DNA of 26,930 bases from Pyrinomonadaceae bacterium (GTDB lineage Bacteria > Acidobacteriota > Blastocatellia > Pyrinomonadales > Pyrinomonadaceae), in assembly GCA_036493385.1 (NCBI GenBank), contig DASXPW010000259.1, positions 1 through 26,930 of the forward strand, written 5' to 3'. The first letter of the stretch is position 1. Every line of letters begins with the position of its first letter. The notes below the pieces were generated by a model, which was given only the letters and a program-made list of their open reading frames with translations, was not told the origin of the DNA and ran no database searches. This document shows positions 1-7,497 of the stretch, one piece after another. The translations under genes and the position numbers were made by a program.

Positions 1-1221
1 AACGGAACGGTCGTAACCTTCGCCGGGTACCATTTGGTTACTGCAAAGTCGCTGTATTCGTATGCTGTTAGCGCTTCGGTCTTCCTGCAGGTCTTTTTTC
101 TTCCGACTCTGGGCGCCATCGCGGATTACACGCATCTGAAAAAGACGTTTCTTGCGGTATTTTGTTACCTCGGGGCGGTCGCGTGCGGTTTACTCTTCCT
201 TATTCAGGGCAGTCTCTATTTTTGGGGAGCTTGTCTGTTCATCATCGCGAACTTGAGCGCCGGGGCTTCGAGCGTGTTTGCCAATTCTTATCTCACCGAC
301 ATAACCACCGAGGACAAACGCGATAAGATCTCAAGTTTCGGTTTCGCGGCTGGTTACCTCGGCGGGTTTATTACGCTGGTGATCGGCGCGGTGCTGATCT
401 TTAAGGCGCCGGCATTGGGCATTTCGACCGATCAGGCCGCCCGCATATGCTTCCTCTTCGCCGGTGTCTGGTGGGGCGGTTTTGCATTGATCACGTTCTT
501 GCTGGTGAAAAGGCGGGCGCCGATAAGAGAGGCACCGGCAGGGCGTGGATATGTCAGGGCCGGCTTTTCCGAACTTGCGGGCACGTTCAGGGAGCTGTTT
601 AAGCTCAGGCACACGCTTCAGTTCCTCATCGCATATTTGCTCTACAACGATGGCATTCAAACGGTGATCTCGATGGCCGCAGTCTTCCTGTCGCAGGAGA
701 TCTTTGTAGCCCGCGGGCTCGAGACAGACAAGCTTGTTTTGTTTGTCTCATTTGCCATCGCCCAGATCATGGGTTTCGTCGGCGCACTCGCCTTCGAACG
801 GATAGCTCATTTTACAAACGCCAAGATCGCAATACTAATTTCGCTGGTGATCTGGTGCGGCATCGTCATCTATGCCTACGCCTTCCTTGAGACGGTGGCT
901 GAGGCTTATGTCATGAGTGCCTTTATCGGCCTGGTGCTTGGCGGCTCGCAAGCATTGTCACGCTCTCTGTTTTCCCAAATGATCCCGGCCGGCAGAGAGT
1001 CGGCGTTTTTCGGGATCTACGCGATCTCGGAAAAAGGCACTTCGTGGCTTGGGCCCATCGTTTTCGGCCTCGTTGCCCAGCTTAGCGATTCATACCGACC
1101 GGCTATCCTGGCGCTGATCGCATTTTTTGTGGTGGGCAGCGTGATACTGCTTTTTACAAACACGGCGCAAGCTATCCACGAGGCCGGCAATATCACGCCG
1201 GAAGAAGCCGTAACGGAGTAG
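1..1221 (+). CDS. MFS transporter, UMF1/Atg22-like family (5'-truncated)
   Basis: Frame +1 is open from base 1, so the true start lies upstream of the window. About 11 hydrophobic helices are visible, with the family-typical C-terminal motif GGSQALSRSLFSQMIP..RESAFFGIYAISEKGTSWLGP. Confidence 0.9.
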   Translation, partial: NGTVVTFAGYHLVTAKSLYSYAVSASVFLQVFFLPTLGAIADYTHLKKTFLAVFCYLGAVACGLLFLIQGSLYFWGACLFIIANLSAGASSVFANSYLTDITTEDKRDKISSFGFAAGYLGGFITLVIGAVLIFKAPALGISTDQAARICFLFAGVWWGGFALITFLLVKRRAPIREAPAGRGYVRAGFSELAGTFRELFKLRHTLQFLIAYLLYNDGIQTVISMAAVFLSQEIFVARGLETDKLVLFVSFAIAQIMGFVGALAFERIAHFTNAKIAILISLVIWCGIVIYAYAFLETVAEAYVMSAFIGLVLGGSQALSRSLFSQMIPAGRESAFFGIYAISEKGTSWLGPIVFGLVAQLSDSYRPAILALIAFFVVGSVILLFTNTAQAIHEAGNITPEEAVTE

Positions 1222-1226
1222 ACAAT

Positions 1227-1254
1227 TTGCAGTCGAGATCGAGCCGGATATAAT
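1227..1254 (+). promoter_or_regulatory. sigma70-type promoter for the LOG gene
   Basis: TTGCAG (1227-1232), 16-nt spacer, perfect TATAAT (1249-1254), 18 nt upstream of the GTG at 1273. Confidence 0.6.
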
Positions 1255-1272
1255 TACGCACGAGAACATCAC

Positions 1273-1827
1273 GTGATACATACGACTGGAGACAGAATTG
1301 TAACGATCTTTGGCGGCTCGAAGTGCAACGAGCAAAGCGAAGAGTATCAACAGGCCGTGGAGATCGGCTCAAGACTTGCCGAAGCCGGCTTCACGATCTG
1401 CACCGGCGGATATCTCGGTGTAATGGAAGCGGCGTCGCGAGGTGCCAGAGAAAAGGGCGGGCGCGTTTTTGGGATCGTGATGAATCAATTCAAGTCCGAA
1501 CCAAATCGATATCTTACGGACAAGGTCGCCTCGGCGCATTTTTATGAGCGTCTTCAAAACCTGATCATGAGATCGGTCGGTTTTATTGCGCTTCGCGGCG
1601 GCATGGGCACGGTGACCGAGGTTTCGTTGGTTTGGAACAAGCTTCAGACAAAGGTCCTCGATCCGCGTCCTATCGTTCTGCTTGGCCCGAGTTGGCGAAA
1701 GGTCGTCCGCGCCTGGCAGGAAAATCTGGTCGTTTCGGACGCGGATGTTGCGCTTCTCGATTTTGCCGATTCTGCGCGGGACGCGTGTGACATCATCATT
1801 ACTCGTTCGGCCGGGATCACGGTTTGA
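1273..1827 (+). CDS. LOG/SLOG-family nucleotide-binding protein (Rossmann-like; putative nucleotide monophosphate phosphoribohydrolase)
   Basis: Motifs VTIFGGS, CTGGYLGVMEAASRGA and LRGGMGTVTE (a PGGxGTxxE variant); 184 aa. Confidence 0.85.
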   Translation: MIHTTGDRIVTIFGGSKCNEQSEEYQQAVEIGSRLAEAGFTICTGGYLGVMEAASRGAREKGGRVFGIVMNQFKSEPNRYLTDKVASAHFYERLQNLIMRSVGFIALRGGMGTVTEVSLVWNKLQTKVLDPRPIVLLGPSWRKVVRAWQENLVVSDADVALLDFADSARDACDIIITRSAGITV

Positions 1828-1873
1828 GCCCGGCCCTATTGCCTTACCGTTTTTCAAGATAGAATCTATATCA

Positions 1874-3622
1874 ATGGGCGACAGTTCCGAGACGAGACTG
1901 CATGGGCGTTCAGTTTCGAGGGGTATTGCCGGCGGCAAAGCCGTCTGTCTTTACGGCAAGCGACGCCAATTCTTTCGCGTTCCTGTCGCGGGCGACGCAG
2001 TTTCCCGCGAGACCGGCCGGTTCCGCTCCGCCGTCGGGCTTGCGAAACGGCAGCTTGAGCGGCTCGCTAATGCAGATAGTGGATCACTTCCGCAGAATGT
2101 GACGGGTGTCCTGGAATTTCATCGCGCAGTCCTGGATGACCCTATCTTGCTGGACGCTGTTGAACAAAAGATCCAATCCGAATGCGTCAATGCCGAATGG
2201 GCCGTAAAGCTCGTCACTGATGCGTACATCCTGCAACACAAGGAAATCCCCGATGAGCGCCTGCGCGAACGTTACAAGGATATCGAGGATGTCACAGACC
2301 GAATCCTCGGGGCCTTGGGCGGCGCGTCCGATCGGATAGAACTTGAACCTGGAATGGTGATCGTTACGCACGAGCTAAATCCGTCGACGCTTATCGAGCT
2401 CTCGACGAAGCAGCCCGCGGCGATCGTCACGGAACAGGGCGGTTGGACCTCGCACACAAACATTCTCGCGCGCGAGCTCGGCATTCCCGCCGTGACCGGC
2501 ATCAAAGCCGTGTGCGAACAGATCCGGTCGGGCGACGAAGTCATCGTCGACGCTTATACGGGCGAGGTTATTGCGCGACCGCTCGAGAAGAAAGTAGTTG
2601 ACGCCGCGGCCGCAAACGGCCGGCCTAAACCGAATTCAGCACGGTCCTCTAACGGGATCTTTCACACTCTAGATGGCAGGGAGATAGCGATACTTGCGAA
2701 CGCGGACCTTCCAGACCGATACATTTCGGCGGAACGCGAGGGCGCCAAGGGTGTGGGACTTTTCAGGTCCGAGTTTTGTTTCCGGCGTTTCCACGACTTT
2801 CCGGAAGAAGAAGAGCAGTATCGAGCGTATCGTGAGATCGCTGAAATGACTCGCGAATTCGGCGTTCGAATTCGCACCTTCGACATCAGCGCTGATGATC
2901 TTTTCGACCACCAATTTGCTTACGGAAAGAATCCGGCTTTGGGATTACGCGGCGTCCGACTAAGTTTAGAATTGCCGGAAATATTTCGAACGCAGATACG
3001 TGCGTTGCTGCGCGCTTCATTTGACACCTCGATCGACGTGATCCTTCCGATGGTGTCGGATGTCGAGGAGATCCGGGAGGCCCGCCGGATCATTGCCGAA
3101 GAACGTGAATTTCTCGAATCTGCTGGAATACCGATCGGCGAGCCTCGCCTCGGCGCGATGATCGAGGTTCCGGCGGCACTGCTGACTATCGACGGGATCT
3201 TGAATGAGTCTGACGTTATTTGTTTGGGGACAAATGATCTGGTTCAGTATCTTCTCGCGGTCGATCGCGATAATGAGGCGGTGTCGAAATGGTTCAACTC
3301 TCTTCATCCAGCCGTTCTGAAGGCGATCGGCACTGTTCTGCAAGCTGCCGAACGCAGTAAGAAGCAGTGTATAGTCTGCGGTGAGATCGCGGGCTCGCCA
3401 TTTTACGTCCCGCTTTTAGTCGGTCTCGGCGCCAAACGTTTGAGCATGAATCCGACCTCCGTCGCCCGCGTTCGGGATGTGATCGAGGGTTTAGCTTATG
3501 AAGAGGCGATCGAGCTGATCCGGGAGATCCGAACATGTTCTACGGCCACCGAGACCGAGTCGGTAGTCAGTCGTTTTTCGAGTGCGAACTGGAAGCATTT
3601 AGCCGCCTCGGAAACAGACTGA
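1874..3622 (+). CDS. ptsI: Phosphoenolpyruvate-protein phosphotransferase (PTS Enzyme I)
   Basis: Phospho-His motif GGWTSHTNILARELGIPAV, plus GVGLFRSE, NPALGLRGVR, MIEVPAA, GTNDLVQYLLAVDR and catalytic VCGE. Start reassigned to the ATG at 1874 because the track's 1682 start overlaps the LOG gene. No N-terminal GAF domain. Confidence 0.93.
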   Translation: MGDSSETRLHGRSVSRGIAGGKAVCLYGKRRQFFRVPVAGDAVSRETGRFRSAVGLAKRQLERLANADSGSLPQNVTGVLEFHRAVLDDPILLDAVEQKIQSECVNAEWAVKLVTDAYILQHKEIPDERLRERYKDIEDVTDRILGALGGASDRIELEPGMVIVTHELNPSTLIELSTKQPAAIVTEQGGWTSHTNILARELGIPAVTGIKAVCEQIRSGDEVIVDAYTGEVIARPLEKKVVDAAAANGRPKPNSARSSNGIFHTLDGREIAILANADLPDRYISAEREGAKGVGLFRSEFCFRRFHDFPEEEEQYRAYREIAEMTREFGVRIRTFDISADDLFDHQFAYGKNPALGLRGVRLSLELPEIFRTQIRALLRASFDTSIDVILPMVSDVEEIREARRIIAEEREFLESAGIPIGEPRLGAMIEVPAALLTIDGILNESDVICLGTNDLVQYLLAVDRDNEAVSKWFNSLHPAVLKAIGTVLQAAERSKKQCIVCGEIAGSPFYVPLLVGLGAKRLSMNPTSVARVRDVIEGLAYEEAIELIREIRTCSTATETESVVSRFSSANWKHLAASETD

Positions 3623-3642
3623 ACCGGGTTCGTACAACGATG

Positions 3643-3671
3643 TTCAAATGTTTAACGTTTTTTGTTATACT
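3643..3671 (+). promoter_or_regulatory. sigma70 promoter of rnpB
   Basis: TTCAAA (3643-3648), 17 nt, TATACT (3666-3671) with an extended -10 TGn. Confidence 0.7.
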
Positions 3672-3687
3672 GCTGGGCGCCGTGTAA

Positions 3688-4082
3688 TGAGGCGAACCGG
3701 GTGACCGCTGTTGCATTGGCAGCAGAGGAAAGTCCGAACACCAAAGGGCAGCGAGCCGGATAACGTCCGGGCACGCGGGCTTTCGGGCCCGAGTGACGAC
3801 AAGTGCAACAGAAAACAAACCAGCCGCGACTCGTCGGGGCAATGGGTGAAACGGTGAGGTAAGAGCTCACCGGCGTGGATGGCGACATTCACGGCCGGGC
3901 AAACTCCTCGTGGTGCAAGATCAAATAGGGAAGTGCTGATCGGCGGCCCGCCGAGAGTCCCGATCCGTCGGGACGGCATTTTCGGGTAGATCGCTTGATC
4001 CCGATGGTAACATCGGGGCCAGATGAATGGTCACCGGCTGTCGAAAGGCAGCTAACAGAATTCGGCTTACAGGTTCGCCTCA
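3688..4082 (+). ncRNA. rnpB: RNase P RNA (bacterial type A)
   Basis: Universal GAGGAAAGTCC (3726-3736), central AGTGCAACAGAAA, GGGTGAAACGG-GGTAAGAG and GGCAAACTCC, 3' AACAGAATTCGGCTTAC. The 5' GAGGCGAACC pairs with the 3' GGTTCGCCTC (helix P1). Ends are approximate. Confidence 0.97.
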
Positions 4083-4139
4083 TTACATCACGGCCAGATC
4101 TTCCGTATCAATCCTAAAGACTGGAGAGACGTCCACAAT

Positions 4140-4409
4140 ATGGCAAATCGTAAAGGTGTATTCATCGGAGCATACGTTCCCAATGAATTGAAAGAATCGC
4201 TTCGTCGTCGCGCGGCGGCAGAGCACCGCACTCTCTCTCAGGAGATAACGAGGATCCTGATCGAAGCTGTGCACGGCAGAGGTCTGCCCACGGGGAGCGT
4301 AGATCGACGTGGCGGGACGACGATCCCGAGACGTCGCTCCTCTGACCCACCGACGCGTCGCCGGGCTGAGGACCTGCCGTATATACCGGAGCCGAAAGGT
4401 AAAAAATAA
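4140..4409 (+). CDS. Arc/ribbon-helix-helix DNA-binding protein with an Arg-rich C-terminal tail
   Basis: N-terminal beta-strand (GVFIGAYVP) followed by helix-turn-helix (NELKESLRRRAAAEHRTLSQEITRILIEAV), typical of RHH. GGAGAG SD upstream. Confidence 0.75.
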   Translation: MANRKGVFIGAYVPNELKESLRRRAAAEHRTLSQEITRILIEAVHGRGLPTGSVDRRGGTTIPRRRSSDPPTRRRAEDLPYIPEPKGKK

Positions 4410-4431
4410 TCGTTGCCATGCATTAAAGATC

Positions 4432-4466
4432 GCGCGGCTGCCGCTGATCGGCGGTCGCGCTTTTTT
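4432..4466 (+). terminator. Rho-independent terminator
   Basis: 12-bp stem GCGCGGCTGCCG / CGGCGGTCGCGC (two G-U pairs), 5-nt loop, followed by TTTTTT. Confidence 0.75.
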
Positions 4467-4492
4467 GCGCCCGGCATCGCCTCTGATACCAT
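4465..4492 (+). promoter_or_regulatory. Putative sigma70 promoter giving a leaderless TPR-gene mRNA
   Basis: TTGCGC, 16 nt, TGn-TACCAT (4487-4492), then 7 nt to the ATG at 4500. No SD sequence. Confidence 0.45.
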
Positions 4493-4499
4493 CTCGTTA

Positions 4500-5228
4500 A
4501 TGTCGACAAAGTCGCTTTTGATCGCGGCCGCCGCCGTCGTCCTCGCATTTATCGGCGGATTTCTCATGGCAAACTCGGTCAATAGATCAGAGTTAAATTC
4601 ACTACGCGCCGAGCTCGAAAGCGCGCGGGCCGTTGCCAAACAGTCGGAGACCGACGCGAATTCGGAATTAAGCCCGGATGAGATACAGGCCAAGCTCAGT
4701 GAAGCAGAAGCAAATCCTACAAATTTCAACTATCAAAAAAATCTCGGGTTGGCTTTGGCTCGGTATGGATCGGCCAGTCAGGATGTGAATTTGATCGCAC
4801 AGGCCGCGAAACTGCTTGACCGCGCGGCCGGACTTGCTCCGAATGACGTCGAAGTGATCATCGGCCAAGGGAACGCTGCATTTGATGTCGGATATTTCAA
4901 GAAGGACAACAACTCGCTCCAAAAGGCTAGAGCATTCTACGAAAAGGCTCTCGCTAAAACCCCGAATGACACAGATGTTCGCACCGATCTCGGAATGACG
5001 TATTTTGCGGAAGACCCGCCGCAGAATGATAAGGCGATCGTCGAATTCAAGAAAGCGCTCGATGTCGATCCGAAGCAGGTAAAAGCGCTCGAGTTTATCG
5101 TCCAGGCGTTGCTTCGTCAGCAAAACCAGGGCGAAGCCGCCGATTACCTCGCCAAACTTCGCGAAGCAGATCCGTCCGATCCGGCGATCCCGGAACTCAC
5201 GAAACAAGTCGGCGCAATCGCGAAATGA
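4500..5228 (+). CDS. Membrane-anchored tetratricopeptide-repeat protein
   Basis: N-terminal hydrophobic anchor (LLIAAAAVVLAFIGGFLMA), a short coiled coil, then TPR-like units (FYEKALAKTPNDTDVRTDLG; EFKKALDVDPKQVKAL). The ATG at 4500 is preferred to 4413, which overlaps the terminator. Confidence 0.8.
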   Translation: MSTKSLLIAAAAVVLAFIGGFLMANSVNRSELNSLRAELESARAVAKQSETDANSELSPDEIQAKLSEAEANPTNFNYQKNLGLALARYGSASQDVNLIAQAAKLLDRAAGLAPNDVEVIIGQGNAAFDVGYFKKDNNSLQKARAFYEKALAKTPNDTDVRTDLGMTYFAEDPPQNDKAIVEFKKALDVDPKQVKALEFIVQALLRQQNQGEAADYLAKLREADPSDPAIPELTKQVGAIAK

Positions 5229-5518
5229 GAGAGGTTCTTTTTATTCTCCTGGTTGTCGGGATTTTGCTCGCGTTGACCGCGGTGAAATATCGCCGCCAGA
5301 TCGTCACACTCATCACCATCTGGAAACAGTTTCAAGCGGCGCGTGCCCGATTGCAGCAGACGCCGAACCGGCCGAGATCGATCGAACCGGATCGCGGAAT
5401 TAAACTCGTGAATTGTGCCCGATGCGGAAAGTGGATCCCGGAAAATGCTGCCAGACGACATTCCAATACCACCTTTGTCTGCGTCGGAGGATGCGTCGCC
5501 AAAGTGGGTGTTGATTAG
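5225..5518 (+). CDS. Small membrane protein with C-terminal Zn-ribbon (PP0621-like)
   Basis: ATGA overlap with the TPR gene. N-terminal TM helix; VNCARCGKWIP...FVCVGGC resembles the CxxCGxx(I/L)P..C motif of PP0621-type proteins (recalled, not searched). Confidence 0.6.
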   Translation: MREVLFILLVVGILLALTAVKYRRQIVTLITIWKQFQAARARLQQTPNRPRSIEPDRGIKLVNCARCGKWIPENAARRHSNTTFVCVGGCVAKVGVD

Positions 5519-5528
5519 GCTAGAGCGC

Positions 5529-6425
5529 TTACGGTATGAAGTTTGTGATGTACCAGCCTATCAGGCGCTCACCGAATAACATCGCGACGATCGTACCGAT
5601 GCCGAGAAAAATGCCAAATGGGATCTGCATCTGTAGGTTGCGGTCCTTTTGACGCATTACCAAAACGCCGCCGATCAATGCACCGGAAAAAGCGCCAAGG
5701 AATATCGAAAGCAAGGTTAGTCGCCATCCGAGAAGAGCGCCGACGGCTGCCATCATTTTAACGTCCCCCAGTCCCATCGCATCGACGCCGCGAAGCCGCT
5801 TCCATGCCTCGCCTACAAGCCAAAGAAATCCGCCGCCGACCAATGCTCCCAACAGCGCTCCTATCAGGGAGAGCGCCCACCACGGCCAGCCCGGAAAATA
5901 TGAAAGCGGCCATACACTCAGATCGAAAAAGAAAGCCTTTCCGACGAATAGCGGATAAACGATTCGAACCAGGACGGCAAAGACAAAGAGTGGATAGGTG
6001 ATCGCATTTGGCAGGATCATGTGCTCTGAATCGATAAAAATAAGGGCGATGATCGCCGAAACAAAGATCAGGGCAACCGGAAGAAACGGGTCAGGACCGA
6101 CCTGCCAATAGACCAGAACAAAAATAAGTGCGGTCAGCAGCTCGACTGCCGGATATCGTGCCGAGATCGGAGCGTGGCAATTTCGACATTTTCCGCGGAG
6201 AATGAGCCAGCTCAAGATCGGAATATTGTCATACGGCCTGATCTGCTCACCACATTTCGGACAAGCGGAATTTGGAAACACGATCGACTGCTCGTTAGGA
6301 ACGCGATGGATAACGACGTTTAAGAAGCTGCCAATAGCGGCGCCGAACAAGAAGACAAAAATGTAGCCGACGACATCGGGAATACCGGCCACGGTTTCGA
6401 GCGTTTGCCTAATGAAAATTGTCAT
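5529..6425 (-). CDS. pilD: Type IV prepilin peptidase/N-methyltransferase (A24A)
   Basis: GSFLNVVIHRVP, Zn-binding CPKC...CRNC, catalytic Asp motifs FIDSEHMILP and MGLGDVKM, and C-terminal IPFGIFL. Confidence 0.95.
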   Translation of the reverse strand: MTIFIRQTLETVAGIPDVVGYIFVFLFGAAIGSFLNVVIHRVPNEQSIVFPNSACPKCGEQIRPYDNIPILSWLILRGKCRNCHAPISARYPAVELLTALIFVLVYWQVGPDPFLPVALIFVSAIIALIFIDSEHMILPNAITYPLFVFAVLVRIVYPLFVGKAFFFDLSVWPLSYFPGWPWWALSLIGALLGALVGGGFLWLVGEAWKRLRGVDAMGLGDVKMMAAVGALLGWRLTLLSIFLGAFSGALIGGVLVMRQKDRNLQMQIPFGIFLGIGTIVAMLFGERLIGWYITNFIP

Positions 6426-6482
6426 TGATCAGGGCGGGTCGGCGTGATCGGCATCTACACAAAGCACCGATCGGCCAAAGCA

Positions 6483-6511
6483 ATCATAGTAGTTTCGACT
6501 GAAAAGTAAAA
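6483..6511 (-). promoter_or_regulatory. Putative sigma70 promoter of pilD
   Basis: Minus strand TTTTAC, 17 nt, TATGAT. Confidence 0.4.
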
Positions 6512-6617
6512 GATGATTTTGCGTTGAGGAAGGGTTCGGCACCTGTATTCTGACCGTTTCCAGGCGTTCGCTATCAATACGCCCCAATTCGATTCTTGAT
6601 GCCGTAAACGCAGAAAA

Positions 6618-6650
6618 TAAGTCATTTAGAGGAATGGTATCAGGTTTGCG
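6618..6650 (+). promoter_or_regulatory. sigma54 (-24/-12) promoter with adjacent IHF-like site
   Basis: TGGTATCAGGTTTGCG (6635-6650) has the GG-N10-GC spacing and a TTGC -12 box. TAAGTCATTTAGA (6618-6630) resembles the IHF consensus YAANNNNTTGATW. Confidence 0.55.
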
Positions 6651-6685
6651 TGGCGCAATTGGGATTTGGTCAGACGGAGGGGAAT

Positions 6686-6844
6686 ATGGCAGACGAAGGA
6701 AACGGTGCGGCAAGCAGTGCTATTTGGGCAATCGCTCTTATCATCATTGTCGCGCTTTTGGCGTTGGTTGTTTGGAAAGGCGGCTTCCTAGGCGCGACGG
6801 AAAAGAAAGTTGACATAAATGTCACAGCGCCGAGCTCACATTAG
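6686..6844 (+). CDS. Small single-pass membrane protein (52 aa), hypothetical
   Basis: Strong SD GGAGGG 5-10 nt before the ATG at 6686. Sequence MADEGNGAASSAIWAIALIIIVALLALVVWKGGFLG...KKVDINVTAP has one TM helix. Confidence 0.65.
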   Translation: MADEGNGAASSAIWAIALIIIVALLALVVWKGGFLGATEKKVDINVTAPSSH

Positions 6845-6884
6845 CGTCTTACTGAAGATGAGCGAGTCCGCGCTGTGATGAGCC

Positions 6885-6929
6885 AGTCGACCAGCTTAGA
6901 GGTTAAGAGTCGACTAGCTTGGAGGTTAA
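6885..6929 (+). repeat. Tandem direct repeat, 2 x 22 bp (period 23), containing the SD of the response regulator
   Basis: AGTCGACCAGCTTAGAGGTTAA (6885-6906) and AGTCGACTAGCTTGGAGGTTAA (6908-6929) match at 20/22 positions. Confidence 0.85.
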
Positions 6930-6932
6930 TAG

Positions 6933-7292
6933 ATGAGCAAACGTGTTCTGGTTGCGGAAGACTTCGACGATGTCCGCAAAATGATGAAAGTGTTTTTCGA
7001 GCACGACGGGTTCGAGGTTTTGGAGGCCGCCGATGGGTACGAGGCCGTGCAAATGGCGGTCACGGAGCATCCCGATCTCATCATTATGGACATTGCGATG
7101 CCAATTATGGATGGGATGCAGGCGACGACCGCTATTCGCCAGCATGACCAGTTGTCTGACGTGCCGATCGTGGCCGTCACCGCGTACGCCGATTTTTATT
7201 ACGATCGCGCAATGGATGTCGGCTGCAATGATGTCATAGCAAAGCCAGTTGACTTGGCGCGGCTTCAACCGTGGCTTATTAGTTACACTTAG
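6933..7292 (+). CDS. Single-domain response regulator (CheY/DivK-like receiver)
   Basis: VLVAEDFDD acidic pocket, phospho-acceptor IIMDIAMP, VAVTA and AKPV; 119 aa. GGAGG SD. Confidence 0.92.
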   Translation: MSKRVLVAEDFDDVRKMMKVFFEHDGFEVLEAADGYEAVQMAVTEHPDLIIMDIAMPIMDGMQATTAIRQHDQLSDVPIVAVTAYADFYYDRAMDVGCNDVIAKPVDLARLQPWLISYT

Positions 7293-7339
7293 ATCAGATC
7301 ATTTCCGCCAAGTGTGCTTACGCGGCCAGCCATTTCTAT

Positions 7340-7356
7340 AAAATTGTTTCAATTTT
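7340..7356. promoter_or_regulatory. Perfect inverted repeat, candidate operator upstream of the oxidoreductase operon
   Basis: AAAATTG-TTT-CAATTTT. Confidence 0.45.
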
Positions 7357-7366
7357 GTAGCCTTCG

Positions 7367-7386
7367 AAAGCCGATCGATTGGCTTT
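7367..7386. repeat. Near-perfect 20-bp palindrome
   Basis: AAAGCCGATCGATTGGCTTT (one mismatch). Confidence 0.5.
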
Positions 7387-7497
7387 GCAGCTCAATTTAT
7401 ATTATTTTTTAAACAAGGTAGTTTTGGCCTCGTTTACGCGATTTGCGCGTGAAAACACTGCACGTTCGATACTCACAGGCCCAGCCGCCGACGGAAA

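Noticed and set aside
1682-1873. N-terminal extension of ptsI given in the ORF track
   Set aside because: It overlaps the LOG gene by 146 bp and has no EI similarity. EI-like sequence begins after the Met at 1874.
3567-4083. Short minus-strand ORFs (3567-3842, 3652-3888, 3665-3979, 3889-4083)
   Set aside because: They are antisense to rnpB, which explains the region.
6686-6844. Type IV major pilin
   Set aside because: It lacks the G/F-T-L-x-E class III cleavage motif and Glu5, and has no globular domain.
7425-7440. sigma54-like GG-N10-GC upstream of the oxidoreductase operon
   Set aside because: The -12 box reads ACGC instead of TTGC, which is too weak.
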